Below, piece by piece: positions 42,585 through 50,969 of a stretch of 64,000 bases of DNA. Both the position numbers and the translations under genes were made by a program. A model generated the notes under the pieces. It was not told the DNA's origin. It saw nothing but the letters and a program-made list of their open reading frames with translations, and made no database searches. The stretch comes from Verrucomicrobiota bacterium. GTDB lineage: Bacteria > Verrucomicrobiota > Verrucomicrobiia > Limisphaerales > SIBE01. The stretch covers positions 88,799-152,798 of the forward strand of contig JAXMHN010000006.1 in the NCBI GenBank assembly GCA_046346765.1, in the 5' to 3' direction. How positions within the stretch are numbered: the stretch's first letter is position 1; each line of letters begins with the position of its first letter.

Positions 42585-43645
42585 ATGCTTACCCTTTTTG
42601 ATCCTGTTAAGATCGGCGCCTGGAACTTGCCCAACCGCATTTTCATGGCGCCTTTGACCCGCGCTCGCGCCGGCGCGGAGCGCATCCCCAACCGGCTGAT
42701 GGCCGAATACTATGCCCAGCGCGCTTCGGCCGGATTGATCATTTCCGAAGCGACCTCGGTTAGCCCAATGGGGGTTGGCTATGCCGACACGCCTGGCATC
42801 TGGTCGGACGAACAGGTGAATGGCTGGAAGCAGGTCACCGACGCGGTCCACCAGGCGGGCGGACGGATCTTGCTGCAATTGTGGCATGTCGGGCGCGTCT
42901 CCGATCCGATGTTTCTGAATGGCGCCTTGCCGGTGGCTCCGAGCGCAGTCGGGCCGGCGGGCCATGTCAGCCTCGTGCGCCCCTTGAAGGCCTTTGTCAC
43001 GCCGCGAGCATTGGAGTTGAAAGAGATCCCAGGTATTGTCGCGGAGTATCGCTTGGGAGCCGCGAATGCCCTGCGGGCTGGGTTTGATGGCGTCGAGGTC
43101 CACGGCGCCAACGGGTATTTGCTCGATCAATTCCTCCAGGACAAGACAAACCGCCGCACGGACGCCTATGGCGGCTCGGTGGAGAACCGCGCGCGTTTGA
43201 TCCTGGAAGTGGCTGACGCGGCCATTTCGGTCTGGGGCCATGACCGTGTCGGGATGCATTTGGCCCCGCGCGGGGACGCGCACGACATGGGCGACTCGAA
43301 TCCACTGGCGACCTTTGGTTACGTCGCCCGTGAATTGGGCAAACGCCGCCTTGCTTTCATTTGGCTCGCGAAGCGCTGGGCGAGAATCGCATTGGGCCGC
43401 AACTGAAAGCGGCCTTCGGCGGACGCTACATCGCCAACGAACAGTTCACATTAGCCACCGGCAACCAGGTGCTCGCTGATGGCGAGGCCGATGCGGTCGC
43501 GTTCGGAGTTCCTTTCCTGGCGAATCCTGACTTGCCGGAGCGATTTCGCCAGAAAGCCGGACTCAATACGCCTGATCAAACGACCTTCTATTCAGCCGGG
43601 CCAAAGGGCTACACGGACTACCCTTTTCTTCCGCAAGCCGCCTGA
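42585..43645 (+). pseudogene. Old Yellow Enzyme family NADH:flavin oxidoreductase (NemA-like), frameshift near 43355-43362
   Basis: LFDPVKIGAWNLPNRIFMAPLTRARA, ISEATSVSPMGVGY and LLQLWHVGRVS are OYE motifs. ORF 42585..43406 and ORF 43361..43645 (GEADAVAFGVPFLANPDLPERF) are one gene. One extra T in the TTT run at 43355-43357 would give ...LAFHLAREALGENR. Confidence 0.85.
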
Positions 43646-43686
43646 CTTGTCGGCAGGCAGGACCTCGGGTTAGGCTGGTCCACGTT

Positions 43687-45450
43687 ATGCAACGACGACC
43701 AGCCCGTGGCGACCTACATTCCTTCAAGACGGCCCGATCCTGTTTTGCCCTGGCACTGTTTCTGGCTTCGGCCTGGGCAGGCGCGCTTCACGCCCGCGGC
43801 GCGGACCCTGGCCGTGAGGCCTCAGCCGCGCCCGCTCTTCCGTCGGTGGTCAAAGAGGCATTCGGCCGGTTCCGTCCGGCCGCGATGGCGGCTCATGACA
43901 AGTTTCTCGCCAGTGACTTGCTCGAAGGCAGAGGTCCGGGCACGCGGGGAGGCTCGCTCGCGATCGAGTATATCGCGGCGCAGTTGGCCGCGGCTGGGCT
44001 TGAACCTGGAGGCGACCAAGGAACTTTCTTTCAGAAAATCGCGTTGATCGGTTCAACTCTCGATGCCCCCAAGAGTTCCTTGAGCCTGGTGCCGCAGACC
44101 GGGTCAAGCACCGGTCCTCTCAAGTATTTGGACGAGTTTGTCGCGACCAACCCGTCCCAAACCGACACCAGCACGCTGGACTCCGAGATTATTTTCGTTG
44201 GCCACGGCGCGATCGCGCCCGAGTACCAGTGGGATGACTACAAAGGCGTCGATGTCCGCAACAAAACCCTGCTCATGTTGGTGGACGATCCTCCAGCCAC
44301 CTCGCAGGAGCCTGATTTGTTCAAAGGCAAAGCCCGCACCTACTACGGACGCTGGACCTACAAATTTGAAATGGGCACCGGTATGGCCGCCCAGGCCGTT
44401 TTACTGATCCACACCGACGCCGCCGCTGGCTACCCATGGTCTGTCGTTCGCAATTCCTGGGGTGGAGAGAGTGCGGCCGTGCGGCGCACTGAGGGAACGC
44501 CTGCCTTGGCCTGCGCCGGCTGGATCACGGAGCGTGTCGCCGCCGAGCTTTGCCGCAAGGCAGGGCTGGATTTAGGAGAGCTGACCAAGGCCGCTGCCTC
44601 CCGCCAGTTTCGGCCGGTCGCCCTGCCCGTCCGGCTCCGCGGCCACCTTCATTCGAACCTGCGGACCTTTGAGACCGCCAATGTCATTGGCCGTCTGCCT
44701 GGGGCTGACTCGTCGCTGGCGCGCGAGGCCGTCCTGTATACGGCGCACCACGATCATCTGGGTGTGGGAGAGCCGGACGAAACGGGCGATCGCATCTATC
44801 ACGGAGCGATCGACAATGCGAGTGGCTGCGCGATTCTGCTCGAAATGGCCCGGGTCTGGGCTGAAACGAAGCCCGCCCCCAAACGCAGCCTCATCTTCAA
44901 CGCCGTCGCGGCGGAGGAGCAGGGGCTGCTTGGTTCGGCCTACTTCGGCCAACATCCGACGCTGCCTGCCGGCCGGATCGCCCTGGCGTTGAATTACGAT
45001 GCCATCCCGCAGCTCGGCCGGGTTCGTGACGTGACCCTCTTGGGCGTGGAGCGAACGACCTTCCTGGCCACTGCGCAACGCATCACGCAGTCGCTCCAGT
45101 TGGCGATCGTTCCCGATCCGCAGCCGGAACAAGGCCACTACTACCGCTCAGACCATTTCAGCCTGGCCAAAGTGGGTATCCCTGCCTTCTCCATCGATCC
45201 CGGACTCGATGTCATTGGCAAACCGGCAGGGTGGGGCCAAACGCAAAGCGATGCTTACCGCGAACGTCAGTACCATCAGCCCGGCGATCGCTTTGATCCA
45301 AAGTGGGACTGGAGCGAAGGCGTTCAAATGGCCGAGTTGGGCTTCTGGCTCGGCTGGGACGCAGCCAATGCTTCGGAGATGCCGATGTGGCTGCCAGGCG
45401 ATGAATTCCGTCCCGCTCGCGAGAAGTCGTTGGAGGCGCTGGGGCGGTAG
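43687..45450 (+). CDS. secreted M28-family aminopeptidase with PA domain
   Basis: Signal peptide. NVIGRLPG, YTAHHDHLG, GAIDNASGCAILLEMARVWA and AEEQGLLGSAYF are M28 metal-ligand motifs. Confidence 0.85.
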   Translation: MQRRPARGDLHSFKTARSCFALALFLASAWAGALHARGADPGREASAAPALPSVVKEAFGRFRPAAMAAHDKFLASDLLEGRGPGTRGGSLAIEYIAAQLAAAGLEPGGDQGTFFQKIALIGSTLDAPKSSLSLVPQTGSSTGPLKYLDEFVATNPSQTDTSTLDSEIIFVGHGAIAPEYQWDDYKGVDVRNKTLLMLVDDPPATSQEPDLFKGKARTYYGRWTYKFEMGTGMAAQAVLLIHTDAAAGYPWSVVRNSWGGESAAVRRTEGTPALACAGWITERVAAELCRKAGLDLGELTKAAASRQFRPVALPVRLRGHLHSNLRTFETANVIGRLPGADSSLAREAVLYTAHHDHLGVGEPDETGDRIYHGAIDNASGCAILLEMARVWAETKPAPKRSLIFNAVAAEEQGLLGSAYFGQHPTLPAGRIALALNYDAIPQLGRVRDVTLLGVERTTFLATAQRITQSLQLAIVPDPQPEQGHYYRSDHFSLAKVGIPAFSIDPGLDVIGKPAGWGQTQSDAYRERQYHQPGDRFDPKWDWSEGVQMAELGFWLGWDAANASEMPMWLPGDEFRPAREKSLEALGR

Positions 45451-45755
45451 CTAGTTCGGAGTGAGCCAGCCGCGGGCGCGCGGCCGGCGACGCGCCTATC
45501 GACCGGCCACATCACTGTCCGGCGGCAGGTCGGTTCGCTCAAGTGGCCTTCGATGACGTCGTTGGTCATCATCGGAGATCTGCGGATCAATGAAGACGAA
45601 CACAAGGATGGTCGCCAGCCCATACCATCGAGGAGAGGTAGCTCGCGGTGATGGGACCTCGACCAGACTCGGTCGTCACGCCCAGCCGCTTTTTTCCTGA
45701 CGGCTGCTCTTCGATATCCTAAGCTGGACCGTCTTTCCCGTTCCCGAAGGGCTGG

Positions 45756-46313
45756 TTGTCAGATCAGGCCATGGACAGCACGCATCAGAACCAGAATGCC
45801 GGGTCGAACTCCGACGAGCTCTTGGTCGCGCTGTACCAGGAACTCCGGAAGCTGGCGACCCATAAACTCGCCCAGGAAGGAGCGGCCCAAACGTTGCAGC
45901 CGACCGCCTTGGTCCACGAAGCCTGGTTGCGCCTCGGTGGTGACCTGCAGCCTTCCTGGCACAACCGCGCCCACTTCTTCGCGGCTGCGGCCGAAGCCAT
46001 GCGCCGTATCCTGATCGATCGGGCGCGCAAACGCGCCGTCCGCCAGCCGTCCGGGTTGGCGGCTCCGGAAGAGCTTGACGAATCGCAGGTGCAATGGGCG
46101 GCGCCGCCCGAGGAACTGCTCGCGGTGCATGAAGCGCTCGATCGGCTTGCAGACGTGGACGCGGCGGCGGCCGATTTGGTCAAGCTGCGCTACTTTGTCG
46201 GCCTGACCCTGCCGGAAGCGGCTGCCGCCCTCGAACTTTCGCAACGGACGGCTGAGCGCCTTTGGACCTTCAGCCGCGCCTGGCTCCGGGATGCGCTCCG
46301 CCCGCGTGCTTGA
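45756..46313 (+). CDS. ECF-type sigma-70 factor (planctomycete/verrucomicrobial ECF family)
   Basis: LYQELRKLATHKLAQE...TLQPTALVHEAWLRL...WHNRAHFFAAAAEAMRRILIDRARKR and a C-terminal region-4 HTH (LVKLRYFVGLTLPEAAAALELSQRTAERLW). The true start may be the ATG at 45771. Confidence 0.85.
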   Translation: MSDQAMDSTHQNQNAGSNSDELLVALYQELRKLATHKLAQEGAAQTLQPTALVHEAWLRLGGDLQPSWHNRAHFFAAAAEAMRRILIDRARKRAVRQPSGLAAPEELDESQVQWAAPPEELLAVHEALDRLADVDAAAADLVKLRYFVGLTLPEAAAALELSQRTAERLWTFSRAWLRDALRPRA

Positions 46314-46368
46314 GTTCTTTCAAAGGGTTGGCGGGGTTGACGCAGGCCAGCCGCATTGACTGACTGGA

Positions 46369-48067
46369 ATGGGCACACCTGTGACACCGGAAGGCCAGGA
46401 CCGTAAAGCCTTGGCTGTTTTCGCCGAAGCCGTCGAAATCGCGGATCCCGCCGCGCAGCACCGCTATCTCGATGCGGCCTGCAACGGCGACGTGTCGCTC
46501 CGCCAACGCGTGCAGGTGCTCCTTGCCGGGCACTTGAACGATACTTTCCTCGAGCAGCCGGCCGCGAGTTGCGGAGATCGCGGCCCGCTTGCGCAAGCAA
46601 AACTACGTCGCCGACATCGGTCTGGCGCACACAGCCGTTGAGGAAGGCGACCTCGGTCGCGCCCGGTCTCTTCTCGCGCAACATCTGCCTTCCCCCGGCG
46701 AATCCGACTTGCGCGGCTTCGAATGGCGCTGGCTCGCTTCTCGATGCCAAGGACAGGCCCTCGCCGATCTCGGGACGTATCATGGCTTTCTCGGCGGCCT
46801 GGCCATCTCGCCTGGCGGTCAGTTCGTCGCCTTGAATCGGGAGAATCCTGCTCGGGTGGAGGTGATGCATCTGGCTTCCAAGACCGTCGCCAAGTCCATT
46901 CCAATGGATGCCGCGGTCGTTCCGCTCAAGTTCTCGCCGAGCGGTCATTGGCTGGTGGGTGAGCAGCGCGGCACGGTCCTGGCCTGGGATACTCGCACCT
47001 GGCAACAGCATGGCCCGTTCCCTCTCACCTTTCCCCTCGCGTTCGGGCATCGCTCCGATCCGGAATGCTTCGCCGCCTGCAAACCGGATCATCTCGAATG
47101 GTGGAGCACCGAAACCTGGAGCAAGCTCGCCGACCTGACCAACCGCACCGCCCCAGCGCGCATTCTCGAACCCGCTCTTTGGACGACCGAGCACATGCAG
47201 AATGCCTTGGCCGTCTCGGCCGATGACCGCATCGTCTCCCTGGCCAATGCCACCCAGGTCAGACGCTGGCAATTGCCGCTTGGAGCTGAGTTGGCCGGAT
47301 GGCCCATCGAAGGCCTGAGCTGCCTCGCGACCAGTCCCGATGGCCAATTCGCCGCCTCCGATTACAGCGGCGCAATTCACCTCCTCGATTCCGCCACCGG
47401 CCGCATCGTCCAAAGCTTCCGTTCCCACCTCGGCTGGGGGACCGGTCTCAGGTTTAGCCACGACGGCGCGCGGTTGGTCTCGGCAAGCGCCGATCGCAAA
47501 TTGGTCTTGATCGATCCTCGGCGCCAAACGGTCCTGCGCACCCTCTTGGGCCATGAAACGGAGATTTGGGCCTTGGACATGTCCGACGACGCTTTGGCGG
47601 CTGCGGATCATCAGGTGCGTGTTTTCGAAGTGCGGGCCGAACCGCAGGAACTCGTTTTGCAGGATCGTTATCTGAGCGGCGAATCCTTCGCCGTCACGCT
47701 GTCGCCGGATGGACGCTGGCTCGCGGCTAGTGGACAGGACAACGCCATTCGCATTTGGGACCTGCTCACCGGCAAACGCGCCGCCACTCTACGGGGGCAC
47801 ATTCAAGGGGTCTTCTCCTTATGTTTTTCTCCGGACGGGCAAACGCTGGTCAGCTCAAGCCACAACCGCCTTGTCTTCTGGAATGTGTCGACCTGGCAAC
47901 TGCTCCTGAGCCTGAACGAGCAGGTTGAAATGGTGCAATTCGCTCGCGACGGAACCTACCTCGCTGGCTTCAAACCTCCCAGCCGCACGCGCGCGGGGCG
48001 GCTACGCATTTGGCCAACGCAGCCTTTGGCCGAGCTCGACCATTCCATCACGGCGCCGCGTAGATAA
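46369..48067 (+). pseudogene. ECF-associated partner protein: conserved N-terminal region + WD40 beta-propeller, no kinase domain; frameshift near 46555-46590
   Basis: ORF 46369..46641 (ALAVFAEAVEIADPAAQHRYLDAACNGDVSLRQRVQVLLAGH) and ORF 46589..48067 (WD40-like repeats: SPDG...A.S.D..I.LWD) are adjacent frames of one gene. Confidence 0.65.
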
Positions 48068-48093
48068 GGCACACTCCCTTCGCTCTTGGGCAG

Positions 48094-48114
48094 GGCGCGT
48101 TCTCTGAACGCGCC
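48094..48114. terminator. bidirectional terminator-like hairpin between convergent genes
   Basis: Perfect 9-bp stem GGCGCGTTC/GAACGCGCC with a 3-nt loop. There is no clear U-run. Confidence 0.4.
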
Positions 48115-48155
48115 GCCTCGGCTTGGTTCGCGGGAGTTCGACCGTATCTCTGACC

Positions 48156-49190
48156 TTACCTGTTCGACAAGGGTAGCGCTTCGACTCCTTCCTTGGTGAT
48201 CTTAACTGGTTGGATGCGCCCCGCGGCATCGAAGTGCATTTCATCAATGCATGTCACCCGATGATTAGCGGCCGTCTCGCCCAAGGGCCGCCGGTGATAA
48301 ACAATATACCAACGGTCCTTGTCCGCGACATGCAGCACCGAATGGTGACCAGCGCCGGTCGCGATGCCCGGATCCTGTTCGAGCACCTTGCCAATCCGTT
48401 CAAACGGGCCCAGCGGCGAGATGCCAATCGCGTAAGCCACCGAATAGTCCGGGCCAGTCCAGCCGCCTTCCGACCACATGAAATAATATTTGCCGTCGCG
48501 TCGAAACATGAAAGGGCCCTCCACATAGCGTTCGGGCGTGATTTCTTTGAAGGTGGTCCCGTCCGGAAAGTTGAGCAGGCCGGTAAAGTCCGGTTTCAGC
48601 CGGGCCATATTGCAGTGCCGCCAGCCGCCGTAGATCAGATAATCCTGGCCGTCCTGATCGCGAAAGACAAACTGGTCGATCGGTTGCGCGCCATTGCGAA
48701 TCTCGTTGACCAAAGGCTTGCCCAGGAGATCCTGAAAAGGGCCTTCCGGTCGATCGGCCACGGCCACGCCAATGCCGCCGGCTTCCTTCTTCTCGTCGTG
48801 AATGTCGTTGGCTCCGAAAAATAGGTAAAACTTGCCGTTTCGCTCGACCACCGCCGGGGCCCACATCGCCCGCCATGCCCACGTCACCCGGTTGGTGTCC
48901 AGGATCCGGCTGTGCTTCGTCCATTGCACCAGGTCCGGAGAGGAAAAAGCATCCAGAAATACCTGCTCCGTATAAGGCGCCGAATAGGTCGGATAGATCC
49001 AGTAGCGATTCCCGAAAATCACCGCCTCCGGATCCGCATACCAGCCCGGGAAGAGGGGGTTGCCCGAGCGCGCTGGGTGAGCGCTAGCCGCTGAGGTGTC
49101 TGACTGAAGGTCGGCGGCGGTGCCGGCCTGGACGGCCAGGACGAGTATCATAACCCGACCGAGTTGTATCGGACCAAATTTGCGCGTCAT
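48156..49190 (-). CDS. glycoside hydrolase family 43 (beta-xylosidase/alpha-L-arabinofuranosidase type)
   Basis: Signal peptide. NPLFPGWYADPEAVIFGNRYWIYPTYS and WAPAVVERNGKFYLFF are GH43 five-bladed propeller motifs. Confidence 0.9.
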   Translation of the reverse strand: MTRKFGPIQLGRVMILVLAVQAGTAADLQSDTSAASAHPARSGNPLFPGWYADPEAVIFGNRYWIYPTYSAPYTEQVFLDAFSSPDLVQWTKHSRILDTNRVTWAWRAMWAPAVVERNGKFYLFFGANDIHDEKKEAGGIGVAVADRPEGPFQDLLGKPLVNEIRNGAQPIDQFVFRDQDGQDYLIYGGWRHCNMARLKPDFTGLLNFPDGTTFKEITPERYVEGPFMFRRDGKYYFMWSEGGWTGPDYSVAYAIGISPLGPFERIGKVLEQDPGIATGAGHHSVLHVADKDRWYIVYHRRPLGETAANHRVTCIDEMHFDAAGRIQPVKITKEGVEALPLSNR

Positions 49191-49283
49191 AGATATCGAC
49201 CCAGCTGCATCAGCTATTGGATGCGCCAGTCTATGCCTGGACGTTCCCGCATGGGAAGCGGTTTCCCTCGGCGGCTCCCGCGG

Positions 49284-49796
49284 TCACTCATACTCAATCG
49301 CCAGGATCTCTAATTCCTCTGCGCCGGATGGTTTTCGGTAATGGACCTTGGCGCCGATGACTGCGTTGAGCAGCGCTTTGGCGATGGGCGATGTCCAACT
49401 TATCCAGTTTCGCTCTAAATCGACTTCGTCCACTCCTACAATCCGGTAGCGGGTCACTTCCGCGCCCCGGTCCCGCACAGTCACCGTGGCGCCAAAGCGC
49501 ACCTGGCCATCTGGCAAGGACGGTTTCGCCACGATCACAGCCGTCTGCAAGCTGCTCTCGATTTGCGCCATCCGGGCGTCGAGGACGCGGAGTTGGCGTT
49601 TGGTGTCCGGATCATCGCGCCCGCTGGCCAATGCCGGTCGATCGACCTCTCGCAGGCGTGCCAGTCTCTGGGCGAGATCGTCCGCTCCACGTTGGGTGAG
49701 GTAGTTTTTGGCGCCCGGCGGCAAGGTCGAGGCCGTCGGGAGCCGGATCGATCGATCCTCGCCATCGTCCGATTCGCGTGTGAACGCCTTGCTCAT
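49284..49796 (-). CDS. GreA/GreB-family transcription elongation factor-like protein
   Basis: Start at ATG 49796 (MSKAFTRESDD). The C-terminal domain is VRFGATVTVRD...YRIVGVDEVDLERNWISWTSPIAKALLNAVIGAKV. Confidence 0.8.
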   Translation of the reverse strand: MSKAFTRESDDGEDRSIRLPTASTLPPGAKNYLTQRGADDLAQRLARLREVDRPALASGRDDPDTKRQLRVLDARMAQIESSLQTAVIVAKPSLPDGQVRFGATVTVRDRGAEVTRYRIVGVDEVDLERNWISWTSPIAKALLNAVIGAKVHYRKPSGAEELEILAIEYE

Positions 49797-49928
49797 GTCC
49801 TTAGCTATCTCTCCTGCTGAGCCAATATAACCCTCTCCCCGGCAAAGGGCGATCACGGGACGAAGGCGATGCACCGGGCTTCCGATGCGTCATCCAGCGC
49901 CGGAGCCGGCCGAGCGACCAAAATAACG

Positions 49929-50387
49929 TCAGAGGGTCGGCATCTGCAACGGCTTGAACTTGGCCACCCATTCGGACGGTTGCCGCCGTGGGCGGCCGTT
50001 CGGCGAAAGGAAGGCGACGGTGACGCTCGCTTCGACCAGCAGTTCCGCAGCGCGCCTGATCTCCTGTCGAAGGACCGAAGTGGCGCCGCGAATCTCGGTC
50101 ATATCTGTCTTCACCACTAAATCGTCCTCGAGACGGGCAGGGCGGCAGTATTTGATCTGGATTTCGGTAACGGCATAAATGCCTTGTCCCGCCTCGAAGG
50201 CAGCTCTGGGGTGGATGCCAAGGCAACGGAGCATTTCAGAACGGGCGCGTTCCAGGAAGCGCAGATAGTTCGCGTGGTACACCACTCCACCCAGATCGGT
50301 ATCCTCGGTATAGACTCGCACCGCATAGTAATGGCTGTGTCCGACAAATCCATTTTGCTCGCTCAAGGCCGGTTCGGTGCTCATCAC
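49929..50387 (-). CDS. ybgC: YbgC/4-hydroxybenzoyl-CoA thioesterase family hotdog-fold acyl-CoA thioesterase
   Basis: YYAVRVYTEDTDLGGVVYHANYLRFLERARSEMLR is the family N-terminal catalytic motif. Confidence 0.85.
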   Translation of the reverse strand: MMSTEPALSEQNGFVGHSHYYAVRVYTEDTDLGGVVYHANYLRFLERARSEMLRCLGIHPRAAFEAGQGIYAVTEIQIKYCRPARLEDDLVVKTDMTEIRGATSVLRQEIRRAAELLVEASVTVAFLSPNGRPRRQPSEWVAKFKPLQMPTL

Positions 50388-50536
50388 ACCCCACGAAAGA
50401 TGTAAAAGGTTCGCAAGTCAACGGAAAGACTGACGAGGGATCGTTTGATTTAGGCCTGTTGCCCAGTCGATAGGTTCAACCTTTTCTGTTGGTAGGTGAT
50501 CAATAACCAGCGGGTTCAGCCCCACCCGACCGGGGG

Positions 50537-50580
50537 TTTGTTCGCCCTTGGTTCGTCCTTTGTTCGACTCTGCTTCGACC
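50537..50580. repeat. four degenerate tandem 11-bp units related to TTTGTTCGACG
   Basis: tttgttcgccc ttggttcgtcc tttgttcgact ctgcttcgacc, read directly. The array lies in the 582-bp intergenic region. Confidence 0.75.
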
Positions 50581-50969
50581 GGAGACGAAGAAAGGACGGC
50601 TAAATTCGAACCTGCCTGGGATCAAATTCGGAGCACCTCAAGCGTCGGCGCGGGCTCACCCCCGCGGTGTGCAAAAGTCAGTGTGATTGCAACGTGGCTT
50701 TGAAGTGAGGTCCCGCGCCAGGTCGCGCCTCACGAGCGGCCTTAAAGCCGTTGACATCCAGCGGCTGGGGGGGCAAGCTATCCGCCGTCCTTTCAAGGTG
50801 ATGGTTATGAGTGCGGACGGCCGTTGCAACCCCCCTCCGTGTCTCCCGACACCGCGCTGGTTGATCATCCCATGGAGATGGACGCTTCCGGCAGCTGCGG
50901 TTGTTCCCGGCCAGCTGCTTTCAACGGACGCAACATCAGTGCAGTAACAACCTAAAAGAGGATGTAACC

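Noticed and set aside
45324-45623. 99-aa minus-strand ORF spanning the M28 3' end and the intergenic region before the ECF sigma gene.
   Set aside because: Half of it is antisense to the M28 gene. It has no motifs and a biased composition, so it is probably spurious.
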